From Serratia symbiotica (lineage in GTDB: Bacteria > Pseudomonadota > Gammaproteobacteria > Enterobacterales > Enterobacteriaceae): 64,000 nt of DNA. The notes beneath the pieces were generated by a model. That model searched no databases. It was given only the letters and a program-made list of their open reading frames with translations, and was not told where the DNA came from. Positions 1 through 13,184 of the stretch are shown in pieces (position 1 is the stretch's first letter; each line of letters opens with the position of its first letter). The position numbers and the translations under genes are program-made. The stretch lies in contig JAAKDF010000001.1 of NCBI GenBank assembly GCA_011754105.1, positions 16,282 to 80,281 on the forward strand, written 5' to 3'.

Positions 1-324
1 CAAGCAATGCAGTCAGCGGTACAAGATCGTAAATGCAGGATTTACCACCGGTGATCATCACATGCCGCGCGGTATAATCTTGATGACACATTACTGCCAG
101 CAACTGCTAGGCACTGGCGCTGCCTGGGGAAGCGCTTTTTGCAGTTTTACCTAAATCTGTTGCATGTTGACTTCTAGATTGACTTCATTACCCCAAGTGT
201 GCTTGGTATCACACCAACTGCACCCTACTGGGCAGTAATGTAGGCGAATAAAAATTGCAGGCAGACCGGTGAAAAACCTTCACCCTGCAAAGTCTGGAAT
301 ATCTCATTAATTGGGTACTTGCAT
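1..324 (-). pseudogene. queE: 7-carboxy-7-deazaguanine synthase (radical SAM, QueE) pseudogene; 3' part runs off the window
   Basis: Reverse-strand translation gives PINEIFQTLQGEGFFTGLPAIFIRLHYCPVGCSWCDTKHTWG (CxxxCxxC cluster motif) and DYTARHVMITGGKSCIYDLVPL, matching E. coli QueE. There is an in-frame TAG after ..NMQQI and at least one frameshift, and the ATG at 322-324 is out of frame. No ORF of 60 aa or more appears in the track. Confidence 0.7.
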
Positions 325-657
325 CGGTTTCTTAATCTGGAAAGGTAAAAAGCAATTATCGCAGATCCCGCCTCGGCAACCAAACAGACAAAACCGTATC
401 CCTGGCGTACGGATTAGGAAAATGGGAAGAACAGCGACTGCACTGCCAGAACGAGGATGAGGCTAGGCAACGTTTACTGATGGGAGTGACCCTAGACTCG
501 TTTCCCAAGAAAACCCTATAAAGTGCATTAGTCGTAGAGTTGGGCTCACCATGACTACCTAAATGTCACGTCCATATTCGCTGAAGTAGTAAAGTGGCCG
601 ACTTTTAGGTCGGTATTCAGCCCCAACAAGCTAGCGAAAAAGTTCTTCTCAACGCGG

Positions 658-960
658 TTACCATTGAACAGACCTAGATCTACCGCGCTGTTCATCGTGA
701 TCGGTATAGTCGGCGTCGTGTCCTGAGAGATAAATATGGCTATTTGGGTAAGGACATCTCGTAATTAGATAAACTACTCCAGCCCTGTTCTGTCTGGCCG
801 TTTCAAGCAAACTCAGCAAAGTCGCCATTTGCTGTCCGGCAGGTAACGAACCCGCAAACAATCAATTCTTTCGCTCCACAGCCACCAGGCGGATCGCACT
901 CTCTATTTGGTTATTAGCTATTAGCACTAGAACGTCGTCCAGATAACGTAGCAGGGCATA
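658..960 (-). mobile_element. IS66-family transposase (TnpC) C-terminal remnant
   Basis: Reverse translation LLRYLDDVLVLIANNQIESAIRLVAVERKN*LFAGSLPAGQQMATLLSLLETARQN matches the conserved IS66 TnpC motif (..YLDDGRLEIDNNxxERxxRxxAxGRKNxLFAGSxxGGxRAAxxYSLIxTAKLN..). It has an internal stop, only about 100 codons remain, and it abuts the apaH stop. Confidence 0.6.
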
Positions 961-1002
961 TAATGGCAAGGTAAGTTCACCCTAAGGTTACTCAGGATCT
1001 GA

Positions 1003-1827
1003 CTAAACGGTTGGTGCTGTCTTTGACGGCTGGGTAAAGTAACGTCGGTCTTCCCAGCGCAGCATGGTCAGCTTCCCGCCCCAGCAGCAGCCGGTATCAA
1101 GCCCAATAATACCTTCAGGGGTGCCTTTGCCTGCTAACGATGCCCAGTGACCGAAGATTAGGGTATAGCCAGCATCCACTAAGAGTGGCAGTTCAAACCA
1201 GGGTTTCAATGGTGCAGGTGCCGTGCCGGGGGCATCTTTAGAAATCATGTCAAGCTGGCCGTTTGGGAAGCAGTAACGCATGCGCGTCAATGCATTGGTA
1301 CTAAAACGTAAGCGTGCCAAGCCGCTCAGTGCTGGCGTCCAGTTGTTCGGCATATCGCCATACATGGTATCTAGAAACAGCGGGTGACTTTTACTGCGTA
1401 GAATTATCTCTACCTCACGCGCACATATTTTTGCAGTTTTAATGTCCCATTGTGGAGTAATGCCAGCGTGCGCCATCATCAGCTTTAGCTCATCATCCAC
1501 TTGTAGCATCGGTTGGCAACGCAGCCAGTTGATCAACTCGTCGGCATCCGGCGCTTCCAGCAGTGCATTGAAGCGGTTTTTGGGTTTATTGCGGCTAATA
1601 CCAGCGTAGACCGCCATCAGGTGCAGATCGTGGTTGCCCAGCACCAGGCGAACGGCTGGGCCAAGTGAATGAACAAAGCGCAACACCTTAAGTGAATCAG
1701 GGCCACGGGCGACTAGATCGCCGGTCAGCCACAATCGGTCACATTGTTGGTTGAAAGAAACCTGAGCCAAAAGCGCTTGAAATTCAGTGAAACAGCCATG
1801 AATATCGCCGATAAGATAGGTAGACAT
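1003..1827 (-). CDS. apaH: bis(5'-nucleosyl)-tetraphosphatase, symmetrical
   Basis: 274-aa ORF with [24 protein letters not shown] metallophosphatase motifs. Full length relative to E. coli ApaH, in conserved apaH-apaG-rsmA-pdxA-surA-lptD order. Confidence 0.95.
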   Translation of the reverse strand: MSTYLIGDIHGCFTEFQALLAQVSFNQQCDRLWLTGDLVARGPDSLKVLRFVHSLGPAVRLVLGNHDLHLMAVYAGISRNKPKNRFNALLEAPDADELINWLRCQPMLQVDDELKLMMAHAGITPQWDIKTAKICAREVEIILRSKSHPLFLDTMYGDMPNNWTPALSGLARLRFSTNALTRMRYCFPNGQLDMISKDAPGTAPAPLKPWFELPLLVDAGYTLIFGHWASLAGKGTPEGIIGLDTGCCWGGKLTMLRWEDRRYFTQPSKTAPTV

Positions 1828-1829
1828 AG

Positions 1830-2207
1830 TTAATGGATCAGCGTGGGGATAGCTAAGCGGAAAACGGGAATAGCACAGCGGAACGATTGACTTTGGTGGT
1901 CAACCATTTCGTAATGGCCTTCCATGGTACCCAGCGGTGTTTCGAGAATTGTACCGCTGGTGTATTGGAACTCGCTACCGGGCTGGAGTAGGGGTTGTTC
2001 TCCTATTACACCGATTCCTTGCACTTCGGTCTTGCGACCGTTGCTGTTGGTGATCAGCCAGTAACGGCCCAGCAGCTGCACGTTGAAACGGCTCAGATTC
2101 CGGAGAGTGACGGTATAGGCGAAGACGTAACGGTTTTCTTCAGGTATTGATTGTGATTCCACATAAATACTTTGAACCTGAATGCATACACGTGGTGAAT
2201 CAATCAT
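1830..2207 (-). CDS. apaG: ApaG (DUF525) protein
   Basis: 125-aa ORF, the same length as E. coli ApaG, with conserved synteny. Confidence 0.95.
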   Translation of the reverse strand: MIDSPRVCIQVQSIYVESQSIPEENRYVFAYTVTLRNLSRFNVQLLGRYWLITNSNGRKTEVQGIGVIGEQPLLQPGSEFQYTSGTILETPLGTMEGHYEMVDHQSQSFRCAIPVFRLAIPTLIH

Positions 2208-2219
2208 GGCAACAACTCC

Positions 2220-3038
2220 TTATTGCTGCGGCGCAGAATTGTCTGAAAGCCAGTTGGCTAGCTTGCAGTACTGCGCGACAGAAATGTTCTCTGCTCTGAG
2301 CGAAGCATCGATGCCCAACTCCATCAACTGTACTAGGGTAAACAGATCGCCTAAACTATTACGGATAGTTTTCCGGCGTTTATTGAACGCTTGAGTGGTG
2401 ATGCGGCTTAGCATGTGCACATCACTCACTGGATTTGGCATTACGATATGTGGCACTAAACGTACCACGGCGGATTCGACCTTCGGTGCCGGGGTGAATG
2501 AGGTCGGCGGCACTTCCAGTATCGGGATAACGTTGCAGTAATATTGCGCCATCACGCTCAAACGCCCGTAGGCTTTGCTGTCTGGGCCAGAAACAAGACG
2601 TTTAACCACCTCTTTCTGCAACATGAAGTGCATGTCGCGGATTGACTGAGTATAGATGAAAAGGTGGAACATTAGTGGTGCCGAAATATTGTACGGCAGG
2701 TTACCAAATATGCGCAATAGTTGGCCTGCCTGCTTAGCCATGTCGGCGAAATTCACCGTCATGGCGTCCTGCTGGTAGATAGTCAGCTTGTCTTTCAATG
2801 ATGAATGGTTTGCTAGGCGAGCCGCCAGATCGCGATCCAACTCGATCACCGTCATGCGATCCATGCGTGCGCCAACTTGCTCGGTCAATGAGCCCAGGCC
2901 GGGCCCAATCTCAATGATCGACTCGCCCGGTTGCGGGTGAATGGCGGAGACAATGCTATCTATGACAAATTGATCGGTTAAAAAGTTTTGTCCAAAGCGT
3001 TTGCGGGCAAAGTGCCCCTGGTGGACTCTGTTATTCAT
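2220..3038 (-). CDS. rsmA: 16S rRNA (adenine1518/1519-N6)-dimethyltransferase
   Basis: 272-aa ORF starting [20 protein letters not shown], typical of KsgA/RsmA. Confidence 0.95.
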   Translation of the reverse strand: MNNRVHQGHFARKRFGQNFLTDQFVIDSIVSAIHPQPGESIIEIGPGLGSLTEQVGARMDRMTVIELDRDLAARLANHSSLKDKLTIYQQDAMTVNFADMAKQAGQLLRIFGNLPYNISAPLMFHLFIYTQSIRDMHFMLQKEVVKRLVSGPDSKAYGRLSVMAQYYCNVIPILEVPPTSFTPAPKVESAVVRLVPHIVMPNPVSDVHMLSRITTQAFNKRRKTIRNSLGDLFTLVQLMELGIDASLRAENISVAQYCKLANWLSDNSAPQQ

Positions 3039-4029
3039 TACAATTAATTATCATTTTAATCGCGAGATCCAAGGCCGTTTTAAAACTGCCAACATCGGCA
3101 CTGCCAGTGCCAGCCAGTTCGAGAGCAGTACCGTGATCGACCGACGTACGGATAAAAGGCAACCCAAGAGTAATATTCACTGCACGGCCAAACCCCTGAT
3201 ATTTTAGTATTGGCAAACCCTGATCGTGATACATCGCCAGCACAGCATCGGCATGTTGCAGATACTTGGGCTGAAACAGGGTATCCGCTGGCAGTGGGCC
3301 GGTTAGGTGGATGCCTTCAGCACGCAGTGCCTCAAGCGCTGGAAGGATAATGTCTATCTCTTCATGCCCCAGATGACCGCCTTCCCCGGCGTGCGGGTTC
3401 AGCCCGCAGACGTAGATATGCGGCTGGGGCAGGCCAAATTTGGTTTTCAGATCCCGATCTAGAATTCGGATAATGTCGAATAGGCTGTGCTGGGTGATAG
3501 CACCAGGTACTGCTCGCAGTGGTAGGTGGGTAGTCGCCAACGCCACGCGCAGTTCTTCGGTGGCCAGCATCATCACCACCCGATCGCAACCGCTGCGATC
3601 GGCAAAGAATTCGGTATGGCCGATAAACGGCATACCTGCGTCGTTAATCACGCCTTTATTCACCGGGCCGGTGATCAACGCGGCAAACTCGCCGTTCAGG
3701 CAGACATCGCATGCGCACGCAAGGGTTTCCAGCACGTAGGCGCTGTTACCGGCGTTAAGCTCACCTGGTATGACCGAATAAGCGGTGGCTACCGGCAGCA
3801 TGGTTAGTGTACCAGCGCGCTGCGGTTGAGCAGGCTGTTGTGGGCGATAATAGCACAGCGTCAGCGGCAGGTTCAGCCGGTGGGCGCGCTCAAGCAACAA
3901 TGCTGAATCCGCGCACACTACCAGTTCAACTGGCCAATCCTGCTGCGCCAGCACTGCCACCAAATCTGGTCCTATCCCGGCAGGTTCTCCGGGAGTTATC
4001 ACGATACGTTTATTACTGAGCATGGCCAT
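3031..4029 (-). CDS. pdxA: 4-hydroxythreonine-4-phosphate dehydrogenase
   Basis: 332-aa ORF with ..[26 protein letters not shown].. PdxA motifs. It overlaps rsmA and surA as in E. coli. Confidence 0.95.
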   Translation of the reverse strand: MAMLSNKRIVITPGEPAGIGPDLVAVLAQQDWPVELVVCADSALLLERAHRLNLPLTLCYYRPQQPAQPQRAGTLTMLPVATAYSVIPGELNAGNSAYVLETLACACDVCLNGEFAALITGPVNKGVINDAGMPFIGHTEFFADRSGCDRVVMMLATEELRVALATTHLPLRAVPGAITQHSLFDIIRILDRDLKTKFGLPQPHIYVCGLNPHAGEGGHLGHEEIDIILPALEALRAEGIHLTGPLPADTLFQPKYLQHADAVLAMYHDQGLPILKYQGFGRAVNITLGLPFIRTSVDHGTALELAGTGSADVGSFKTALDLAIKMIINCNE

Positions 4030-5308
4030 TGATGATCTTCACATAGGATTGTGCGCGCATTTCTTGCATCCAAGTCTGCACTTCTTCAGCAAATTTGCGG
4101 TTGAATAGCATGCGGTAAGCGCGATTCTTTTGCGCGGCATCGGTTTTGTCTGCCTGACGTGTATCCAGCAATTGGATGAGGTGCCAGCCGAAGTCGGAGT
4201 GTACCGGTGCACTAATCTCGCCTTTTTTTAGTTTTAGCAGGGCATCGCGGAAAGCCGGATCATAGATATCTGGAGAAGCCCAGCCCAGATCGCCGCCCTG
4301 CAAGGCAGATCCGAGATCTTGAGACAGGTGTTTGGCTTCACCGGCAAACTTAGTACGGCCGCTTTTGATATCTTGCGCTATGCTTGCTAACTTACTGCGC
4401 GCTAGATCATCGGTCATCACCACTGAAGGTTTCAACAGAATATGGCGCGCATGCACTTCGGTCACGGATACTGACTGGCTAGCATCACGGATATCATTCA
4501 CTTTTAGAATGTGAAAGCCAATGGCGGAACGAATAGGGCCGATGATAGTGCCTTTCTTGGCATTAATTAGGTGCTCGGCGAATAAGGTTGGGATCTCTTG
4601 CATCTTGCCCCAGCCCATGTTGCCGCCTTTCAGCGCTTGGGGATCGGCGGAGTAGATGATCGCAAGTTTGCTGAAGTCAGCGCCGTTGTGCAATTCGCCC
4701 ATCAGTTTTCTAGCCAGCACTTCTGCGCTGTCCACCTGCTGCTGGGATGGATTTTCCGGCAAATAGAGCAATATTTGGCTGATATTCATTTCGGTATCGC
4801 TGATATTTTGGGCGCCCACTTGCTTTGCCAGCGCTTCTACTTCTTGTGGCAGGATAGTCACGCGGCGGCGTACTGCATTGTTGCGCACTTCGGCAATCAG
4901 CATCTCTTTACGGATCTGCGATCGATAAGTGTTGTAGTTCAAGCCCTCGTAAGATAAACGGTTGCGCAGTTGATTGAGGCTCATTTTGTTTTGCGCGGCG
5001 ATACTAGCAATCGCGTTGTCCAGATCGGCATTGGATACGGTAATACCCATTTTTTGAGCCATCTGTAGCTGAATATTATCCATAATCAGACGCTCAATGA
5101 TCTGGTGACGCAGTAAATTGTCGTCTGGCAGCGGTTGGCCATCATGCTGTGCATGGAGTTTCACAGATTGCAACAGGCTGTTAATATCGCTCTCCAGCAC
5201 AACGCCGTTATTCACAACGGCGGCGACTTTATCTACTTCTTGTGGTGCTGCAAACGCGGCATTCGCACAAACGACCAATCCGAGAATAAGCGTTCTCCAG
5301 TCCTTCAT
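4013..5308 (-). CDS. surA: periplasmic chaperone / peptidyl-prolyl isomerase SurA
   Basis: ORF 4013..5371. The likely start is the internal Met ([25 protein letters not shown] signal peptide), giving about 431 aa versus 428 in E. coli. Two parvulin domains are recognisable. Confidence 0.93.
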   Translation of the reverse strand: MKDWRTLILGLVVCANAAFAAPQEVDKVAAVVNNGVVLESDINSLLQSVKLHAQHDGQPLPDDNLLRHQIIERLIMDNIQLQMAQKMGITVSNADLDNAIASIAAQNKMSLNQLRNRLSYEGLNYNTYRSQIRKEMLIAEVRNNAVRRRVTILPQEVEALAKQVGAQNISDTEMNISQILLYLPENPSQQQVDSAEVLARKLMGELHNGADFSKLAIIYSADPQALKGGNMGWGKMQEIPTLFAEHLINAKKGTIIGPIRSAIGFHILKVNDIRDASQSVSVTEVHARHILLKPSVVMTDDLARSKLASIAQDIKSGRTKFAGEAKHLSQDLGSALQGGDLGWASPDIYDPAFRDALLKLKKGEISAPVHSDFGWHLIQLLDTRQADKTDAAQKNRAYRMLFNRKFAEEVQTWMQEMRAQSYVKIINGHAQ

Positions 5309-5373
5309 ACATTTCCTATTATGTAATCCGCAAATGCGGGTGAAAGTTCTCGTTTCCAACGTGCTACCCAATA

Positions 5374-7755
5374 TCAGAACGAGCGTTGGTGCGGCATTAT
5401 ACCGGAGCTCAGCATTTTCGCAGAGCCTATACTGTGGTCGCTGCTTAGACCGCGCAGTTCGACATTGAAGGAAACTTTGTTGTCGTAAATGCTAATATTG
5501 TTGCTGTTATTCCAGTCGGTGATCTTGCGTTCATAGCCCAGTGTTACCGCCCAGCAGCAGGTGTTATACTTCAGTCCCAGTAACTGATCGGCGGATTGCC
5601 TGGTGCTGGTATTGTAGTAATACGCGCCCACTACTGCCCAGCGATCGGCAATCGGCCAACTTCCTGTTACGCCCAACTGAGAGATAATGTGCTGGTAGGC
5701 AGGGATTTGGTCGGTATTAAGGGCTGTCTGAATATATTCCGGTGTAGCATAACGGTAATTTAGCTGCACTACACTCTCTGGATTCTGGCGGTATTCCAGC
5801 ACACCGTTACCCAATGAGACGCTGTTCAAGCGGGTATCATACTGCAAGCTGCCGTGCAGACTCCAAAGATTGTCGATCTTCCAATAGATGTCACTGGCCC
5901 ATGCTAAACTGCCGGTATGATCGTTGTTATCGTAGCTTGTCCTACGGTCACCGGTGGTGCCTGAACGGTTAAAGTAGTAGATTTGACCCACGGAAACGTT
6001 AAAACGTTCAATCAGCTCGTCATCATAAACGCATGTGATTAAACCGCTAGACACTCGGTTCTGCGAGGCGATGCGATCCAGGCCGCTGTAGGTGCGGTCG
6101 CGGAACAGACCGGAATAATCAGTTTGAAGCAGCGTGGTATCGTAGGTGTAGATGTTGCTTTGATCGCGGTACGGCACGTAGAGGTATTGAATACGCGGTT
6201 CTAAGGTCTGGGTAAAACCTTCCGACCAGTTAATCGGGCGCTCGAATATCAGATTGCCGTCAGCCTTGAACTGCAGCATCACGCGATTGACAGAGTCATC
6301 AAGATGCGGTGCCATAGCCTTATAATTATTAGTGCTATTTCGGTTGCCATAATGAGTGGCAAAGTGGTCAGGAATGTTCTGCTGGTAATGGGATACCATT
6401 AGCTTGGCCTCGTTGTTCAGGCTGGCCCAGCTGTTGGTTAGTGGTAGATTGAGAGTGGGTTCTAGATGCCAACGGGTGGCGTCAGGGCTATACGGATTGA
6501 TACTGTTAAATTTGGCTATCTGGCTGTATAGGTGAAAGTCGAACGGGCCGAGATCATTTTTGTAGTAGTTAAGATCCAGTTGTGGCCGCACTTTGTAGGA
6601 ATTAAAGTTAGAGCGGTCGGTGCTATCGAAGATTTGGAACTGCTTGGAGCTTAAAATAGCGTTCCAGTTTTCATTGACATAACCAAAGCTAAACTTCTGC
6701 GCGGCGTAACCATCGGTGGTGGAACCATACTTCGAATCTAGATCGGTAAAGTATTTGGCATCGCTGACCTTGGTAAAATCGATGTTGAAACGCAACATCT
6801 GATCCGTTAGCCCGTGGTGGTCCCAGTGGAATAACCAGCGGGTGCTGCTGTCAGAATTGTTTTTTTTGTATTCCTTATCGTTTGGTAGCCAGTCTAGCGC
6901 CATTAGTCCAGAGCCAGGCTGCACAAGATAGCGGAATTCGTTTTGCCATTGCAAACCACGTCTCGACATATAATGCGGGGTAAGGGTGACATCATAGTTA
7001 GGCGCGATGTTCCAGTAATACGGTAATATGAACTCAATACCATTTTTGCTGCCGTATTTGGCGTTGGGGATTAAGAAGCCGGAATGGCGCTTATCGCCGA
7101 TTGGAAATTGCATATAGGGGCTATAGAACACTGGAACGCCGCCAATACGCAAGCGGGCGTTCCACACTTCTGCCACCTGATTTGTGCGGTCATGGATCAC
7201 TTCGGAACCGATCACGCTCCAGCTATCGTCTCCCGGCAAGCAGGAGGTAAAAGTACCGTTTTCCATAATAGTGAAACGGTTAGCGCCGCGTATCTTCATT
7301 TTGTTAGCTGCGCCGCGCCCCTGACGGCCGACCATCTGGTAGTAGCCTTTATAGACATCGGTATCTTTGGTATTCAGGTTTGACCAAGCCTTAGGGCCTG
7401 CCAATGTGATCTGAGGGTCGCTGTAGTGCACATCTCCAGTGGCGGTCACGGTACGCACTGCGTCCGCCTGCCCTGGATGCTGCATCTGGTGCAGTTCCAC
7501 CTGCTTGGCGGTGAGGGTGCTGTTGCCTTGCTTGATATTGACGTTGCCAGTGAATAACGCACTATGCGGATAGTCGGCGTGCGACTCATCGGCATTGATG
7601 GTGATCGGCTGGTTGTCAAGATTGCCGCTGACCAAAGATTTTTCATAAACAGGAATGCCGAGCATGCATTGATTAGCCAGATCAGCCAGTACATGCTGGC
7701 TATAAGGTGCCGTCCAAATCATCGTGGCCAGCAGTGTTGGGAAATTTTTTTTCAT
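5374..7755 (-). CDS. lptD: LPS assembly outer-membrane protein LptD
   Basis: 793-aa ORF with a signal peptide. Full-length similarity to E. coli LptD/Imp and conserved position. Confidence 0.95.
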   Translation of the reverse strand: MKKNFPTLLATMIWTAPYSQHVLADLANQCMLGIPVYEKSLVSGNLDNQPITINADESHADYPHSALFTGNVNIKQGNSTLTAKQVELHQMQHPGQADAVRTVTATGDVHYSDPQITLAGPKAWSNLNTKDTDVYKGYYQMVGRQGRGAANKMKIRGANRFTIMENGTFTSCLPGDDSWSVIGSEVIHDRTNQVAEVWNARLRIGGVPVFYSPYMQFPIGDKRHSGFLIPNAKYGSKNGIEFILPYYWNIAPNYDVTLTPHYMSRRGLQWQNEFRYLVQPGSGLMALDWLPNDKEYKKNNSDSSTRWLFHWDHHGLTDQMLRFNIDFTKVSDAKYFTDLDSKYGSTTDGYAAQKFSFGYVNENWNAILSSKQFQIFDSTDRSNFNSYKVRPQLDLNYYKNDLGPFDFHLYSQIAKFNSINPYSPDATRWHLEPTLNLPLTNSWASLNNEAKLMVSHYQQNIPDHFATHYGNRNSTNNYKAMAPHLDDSVNRVMLQFKADGNLIFERPINWSEGFTQTLEPRIQYLYVPYRDQSNIYTYDTTLLQTDYSGLFRDRTYSGLDRIASQNRVSSGLITCVYDDELIERFNVSVGQIYYFNRSGTTGDRRTSYDNNDHTGSLAWASDIYWKIDNLWSLHGSLQYDTRLNSVSLGNGVLEYRQNPESVVQLNYRYATPEYIQTALNTDQIPAYQHIISQLGVTGSWPIADRWAVVGAYYYNTSTRQSADQLLGLKYNTCCWAVTLGYERKITDWNNSNNISIYDNKVSFNVELRGLSSDHSIGSAKMLSSGIMPHQRSF

Positions 7756-7988
7756 ACGTGGTTGTGGTGTTCCATCATCAGAGTCATCGTGTCCGGCAAA
7801 CAGTCAGAGACTATATTACTCATCTGCATTGCGCTAGGGGTAAATCTTACCGTCCTACCGCCTACTTATATCGGCGTAGGCGCAAAGATAAATGACAGGT
7901 ATGATAATCTAAATTTTAGGAAAAATCGCTAACCCTGAGGTAACAGGCTAGGTATTGTGCGGCTTTCAGCATAACTATTGAGGAGTAT

Positions 7989-8795
7989 ATGCAGTATTGG
8001 GGAAAACTGCTTGGGATCATCGCTGCCATTTGGCTTGGCGCGGGATTCTGGGGTATAGTTTTGGGGTTGGTAATCGGTCATATGGTAGATAATGCGCGCA
8101 GCAATAAGCACAACCGGGTTTTTTTCAACGACCAACAAACGCGGCAAGGGCAGTTCTTTCGCACCACTTTTCAGGTGATGGGGCACCTGACCAAATCAAA
8201 AGGGCGTGTTACCGAAGTAGATATTCAGGTCGCCAGCTTGTTTATGGATCGTCTGCAACTGCATGGTGAAGCGCGCATTGCCGCGCAGCAAGCTTTTCGT
8301 GAAGGGAAACAGAGCCAGTTTCCTTTGCGGGAGACGCTGCAACAGTTGCGCAGTATCTGTTTTGGCCGTTTCGACCTGATCCGGATGTTTCTAGAAATTC
8401 AGTTTCAGGCCGCGTTTGCAGACGGTTCGCTGCACCCAAATGAGCGGCAGGTACTGTATGTCATCGCCAAAGGACTGGGAATTTCACATGTACAGTTCGA
8501 TCAGTTCCTCAGCATGATGGAGGGCGGACGCTGCTTCGGTGGCGGCCAGCGAGGCGGTTACCAGCAGGCACAGCGCGGGCCAACAATGGAGGATGCGTGT
8601 AAAGTGCTGGGCGTTAACAGCAGCGCCGATGGCACCACCATTAAGCGTGCCTATCGCAAACTGATGAGTGAGCATCATCCAGACAAGTTGGTCGCTAAAG
8701 GCTTGCCACCGCAAATGATGCAAATGGCTAAGCAAAAAGCGCAGGAGATCCAGGCGGCCTATGACCTGATCAAAAATGAGAGAGGTTTCAAGTAA
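7989..8795 (+). CDS. djlA: co-chaperone DjlA (membrane-anchored J-domain protein)
   Basis: 268-aa ORF with an N-terminal TM segment and a C-terminal J domain (..[13 protein letters not shown]..). Divergent from lptD as in E. coli. Confidence 0.9.
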   Translation: MQYWGKLLGIIAAIWLGAGFWGIVLGLVIGHMVDNARSNKHNRVFFNDQQTRQGQFFRTTFQVMGHLTKSKGRVTEVDIQVASLFMDRLQLHGEARIAAQQAFREGKQSQFPLRETLQQLRSICFGRFDLIRMFLEIQFQAAFADGSLHPNERQVLYVIAKGLGISHVQFDQFLSMMEGGRCFGGGQRGGYQQAQRGPTMEDACKVLGVNSSADGTTIKRAYRKLMSEHHPDKLVAKGLPPQMMQMAKQKAQEIQAAYDLIKNERGFK

Positions 8796-8834
8796 CCGTA
8801 CAGGCTCTTCATACAGGGCCTACTGTCATGGAGA

Positions 8835-9488
8835 TCAAAAGTCCGGTGCGGCTTGGAAATGCATTGGCGTATGAAAGCTGGATGGGTGAGGTGCAGCGTC
8901 TGCGCATGCAGTTGCAACCGCTGCGCCAGCGCTTGGGGGTTGGCGGGGGTGGGCATAGAAACCGTCACCGAGGATCGGATGCCCGAGCGCCATCATATGC
9001 ACCCATAGCTGGTGAGATCGGCCAGTGATTGGTATCATCTTCACAGGTGTGCAGCCATCGGCATCCCGCGATAGCACCCGATATTCAGTTTACGCCGCTC
9101 GGACGTTATCAAAACATACCTTTTGCAGTGGTAGTTCGGCCAGTTGCAAATCAGCGGTAGCGCCACCACCCATTCATCTTCCACCAGATGGCCCCAAACG
9201 CGTGCGATATAGTATTTCTTTTTTTCGCGATAGCGGAACTGGCTCTTCAATTCGCACTCAGCGGCTTTGTTGAGCACTACTACAATCATCACGCTGGTAG
9301 CCATGTACAACCTATGTACCGCTTGGGCGACTGGGAAGTCAGCCGGAATATGTATCAGCAGGCTGTCTTTATTTTCCGGCAGCCGACCAAGGAACTGATA
9401 GCGGGCTGCTAGATTTGTTGACCACTATGATGTGTTAATCCTGATGCAGGATTAACATCGGCTCCTGCGGTGGATGGTAGGGTTTCAT
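8835..9488 (-). pseudogene. rluA: 23S rRNA/tRNA pseudouridine synthase RluA pseudogene
   Basis: Fragments in three frames (..PQEPMLILHQD*HIIVVNK.., ..KAAECELKSQFRYREKKKYYIARVWGH.., ..ITGRSHQLWVHMMALGHPILGDGFYAHP..) are collinear with E. coli RluA. Overall length is preserved, but there are in-frame stops and frameshifts. Confidence 0.8.
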
Positions 9489-9546
9489 CTCGGCTTCACT
9501 TGCAAAGGACTGGACTGGGCGGGACGGGATCTATGCATCGCACCGA

Positions 9547-12457
9547 TTATTTGTGGGGGACCACCACTAAACGAATGGCGTCCAGCCGCCAACTGGCGTC
9601 ATTGAGGTTGGCCAGCACTTGGTGGTGGTTGCACGCCAGAGCCTCGATTTCGTCTTCACGAATATTTGGGTTGACCGCCTTCAACGCTTCCAATCGTACC
9701 AACTCGCTAATTAGTTTGTCGTCCGCTTCCTGCTTTGCATGTTCAATCAAGGTGCGCACTTGTTCTGCTACTAGACCTTCCGCCTGCTGAAAAATGGCGT
9801 AAACGTCTTGCTGCAGCGTATTGACCAACTTACTGGTGGTATGACGATTGACTGCAATTAGTTGGCGGTTGAAACTGTCGAACTCGACTTGTGTCGTCAG
9901 ATTGTTGCCTTTGCGATCCACCAGCCTGCGGATCGGCGTCGACGGCAGGAAGCAGGTCAACTGCAAGTATTTCGGTGCCTGCGCCTCCACTACGTATACC
10001 AAATCCACAAACAGAGTTCCGACTGGCAGTGCCTTGTTTTTTAAAATAGACACCGCGCAACTACCGATATCACCGGATAAGATCAGATATAAACCATTGC
10101 GGATAATGTGGTGTTACCAACTAATAAACTGCGCGTCTTCACGTAATAATGCCTGATTGCGATCAAAGGTGACCGTGCAGCCGTCCTATGGCAGGCCTGG
10201 GAAATCCGGCACCAGTATAATATGGTCGGATAGCGTGAGTACGGTCAGGTTGTCGCCGCACTCGTCCTGATTGATACCGACGATGTCGAACAGGTTAAGT
10301 GCAAAACTTACCAAGTTGATGTCGTTATCCTATGCAACAATGGCTTTCGCGAGTATCTTGGCGAAATCGCCGTCGTTAGAGTGCATTTCTAATAGCCGAT
10401 CGCGGCCTTGTTCTAACCACGCTTTCAATTGGTAGTGTTGCTGGCGGCAGGTTTGGATTAATTGATCCAGCCCATGCTACTCTGTGGACGCCGCTAGAAA
10501 GCCAAGTAACTTGCTTATAGCTGCTGCCATAAATGGTGCGGCCGGTTGGGCAGGTGTATTCAAAGGTGTCTAAACCTTCATGGAACCAGCGCCCTAGCAC
10601 TGCCTGCGCGGTATTTTCCAGATACGGAACTATGATTTGGATGTCGGCATTTGACCAATGTGATCCAGGCGGCCGAGAGGTTGCTCTAATAGATCAGCGT
10701 TGAATGGCAGATCAAACATCACAAACTGACTAGCGAACTAGAAGTTCGCAGCCTTAGAAACCGATTTCGGAACACAGCAGCACCTGTGCGCCTGATACTT
10801 CGGTGGCGAAGTAAGCGGCAGCGCGGTTACGATCGATAATCGACAGCCCTTCGTGGAACAACGCTGCACGGATTGCTTCATGTTCGCTCAGTACTTGCTT
10901 GAGTTGCAGTGCTATCTCAGCCTTAGCGCAGATCACCAGTACCTTTTCGGGATGATGGGCGATCAGGTAATCCAACAGCCATTCTAAGCGTGGATCCAAG
11001 TTCCACCACGTGGCGCGTTATCGCCCTCAAACGCCTGATAAATTTGCTCCGGGTATAGCATAGCTCGCGCTCGGGCTTCTATTGATTGTTTGGTACCCAT
11101 GATGCCGGACACCTTAATCGCCGTCTGATACTGGGGGAGCAGCGGCAAGCTGATCAGATGAAGGTGGCGATGGGAACAGCCCTTCACACCGTTACAGGTA
11201 TTGCGGAACAGCACACGGCTTGGTGTCGTGGCGATTTATAAGCAGGGTTACCAGGGCCTGACTCGCTTGTTGGGCTGTATCGCCACCATTATTCGCTATT
11301 TTCAGCAGCTGCTTTATATCCTGCACGTCGATCAGTTCGCCTAGCATAACTAGTTTGTCGTCGGCTAAGCACTCACCGTTCAGTAGCAAGGTGACGGCAT
11401 CGGCTACGGGTTTGTATTTTTTCTGTTCGGCGACGAACGCGTAGTAGTCGTGGAAGCGACTTGCATCCAACAGGCGCAGACGGATAAAGCATCTCTGCTG
11501 AACAAATTGTTTCGTGGTGGTGGTTAACAGCAGCACGCCGGGAATATGTTCGGCCAACCGTTCGATCACTTGATATTCACTGCTTGGCGCTTATTCAGTC
11601 CAGCCCAGGCTGTGTGCGTCATCGACCATATTAATAAATCCCACTGAGCGTACACCCACTCTTCCAGACGCTGCTTATTATGTCGCAAGAAACCCAGCGA
11701 GCAGATCACCAGTTGCTCGGTTCAAACGGATTGCTGCTGTCGAGCTTGGCTTCAGCGTAGCTGCTATCGTCGAACAGTGAGAAATAAAGCGTCGAATTAT
11801 CTCGACCAGCCACTAGTGCTGTAGGGTTTGCGGCACCACAATCAGCACGCGCTCGGCACGATAAACTAGCAACTGCTATTGAATAATCATACCAGCTTCA
11901 CTGGTCTTACACAAGCTGAATTGGTCCGCCAGTAGTACGCGTGGCGCATGGCGCTAGCCTATTTCATAGGCTATATGCAATTTATTGAGGGATCAGACTA
12001 GCTCGCATACCGCGCATGCCAGCGAACGGCAGGCGATATTGCACGCTCTGATTTTTGCGCGCGCAATATCGCAGAGCAAAGCGATCTATCCGGTCGATCT
12101 GGCCAGCAAACAGGGCGATCTTGAGGCTTGCTGAAGGTTAGCTTACTATCCCAGCAGCACTTTACGCATCGCCACGCCGCTTTCTTGGGTGTCCAAGCGG
12201 GTACCGATGTAGGTTAACAGGCCGTGATCCGTTTTTACCTCTTCCACTATGAGTTGCCATCCTTTATGGCTGCAAATAGTATCGCCTGGATTAAACATCA
12301 CGCGGGTGATCGGTGAATTGTTTCTGGCGTAGAGGCGTCTTTCACCGGTGGCGGGGAAAAACAGGGTAATCATACGCGTATCTAGTGCCACGATGGTTCC
12401 CAGTCCTAATTCGCTTTCCGTATCGCTGATCCAGCATTGACTAAGTGTAAAAGGCAT
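9547..12457 (-). pseudogene. rapA: RNA polymerase-associated SWI2/SNF2 ATPase RapA (HepA) pseudogene
   Basis: The N-terminal fragment [23 protein letters not shown].., helicase fragments (..[14 protein letters not shown].., ..[25 protein letters not shown]..) and the C-terminal fragment (..[24 protein letters not shown]..) are collinear with E. coli RapA. They are separated by many TAG/TAA stops and frameshifts. Confidence 0.9.
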
Positions 12458-12479
12458 AAATTATCGGCTTGCTTCTTTG

Positions 12480-13184
12480 TCAGTAAGTCTTGTAACTGCG
12501 GCGCAGCGACCTGTAATAAATCCAGTTTATTGTAGGTTGTGTCCGGTCATTGAAAGGGGCGGTGTCACAGATCCCAAATCCGGTAGTCTCGGCATTATCA
12601 GGATGGCGTATGCCTTCTACCAGCCCAACTAGATCGATTAAGAAAGTACGGATGATCGACGGGTACAGGCTTTTGTAATTCAGCATCAGCACCGAATCAT
12701 AAAGGCTGGGCTGCTGCCCCATCACGAACCTGGCAGGGCTGTGCTCTTCTGGCTGTTTACCGAGGTTGGGTGCTATAAAATCCAGCCGGTGTATGCGCGG
12801 CATATAGAAGTTGCTGAACGCCGCCCACCGAACTACTACCAGCCAGGTGACGGTGGCACGTTCTAGCAGGAAGTTGAGCAGGTCGGTCTTGGCGAAAATA
12901 AGTGTCACCAGTTCGCAGTTCTTCAGGTTGTAGCGAGCTAGCGCTTCGATACCGTCGATAATCATTCGCCCAGCAGCGGAGGCGAAAAAGTAATTCTGGT
13001 TGAAGCCGTGCTTGCGTCACTCTAGTAAGCTGCCACCGCGCCCCTGCCGTAGATTCCAGCCGATGACGCATCGGGATCATGCTGTTCCAACTACTGGTTT
13101 AACCGCTCCAGTATTTATCGGCGGCTCACGTAATACTTCAGACAGAAATCCAGCGCGGCATCGCTGCCGTTGGCTGGCCCCAAC
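12480..13184 (-). pseudogene. polB: DNA polymerase II remnant (internal deletions, 5' end removed at the IS junction)
   Basis: ..LLERATV..YFPRIHR..APNLG..SLYDSVLMLNYKSLYPSIIRTFLIDLVGLVEG.. matches the PolB palm region. Only about 700 bp of an expected 2.35 kb remain, and the remnant abuts the IS903-like copy at 13185. Confidence 0.8.

Noticed and set aside
360-585. Open frame ..VSLAYGLGKWEEQRLHCQNEDEARQRLLMGVTLDSFPKKTL* (+ strand) as a gene C-terminus
   Set aside because: I could not assign it to any family from memory. It is short and lies between a queE relic and an IS66 relic, so it is left unannotated.
3362-3807. ORFs 3362..3589(-), 3440..3739(+), 3526..3807(+) inside pdxA
   Set aside because: These are off-frame or antisense shadows of a well-conserved gene, Arg/Ala/Ser-rich with no recognisable similarity. 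The same reasoning applies to 4598..4957, 7084..7383, 16573..16890, 19876..20301, 37186..37560, 39514..39854, 40290..40763, 43422..43976, 54901..55389, 60149..60463, 60855..61232, 62170..62496 and 63108..63578.
12146-12457. 103-aa ORF as an independent small gene
   Set aside because: It is simply the intact N-terminal segment of RapA ([23 protein letters not shown]..), followed by the rest of the decayed gene.
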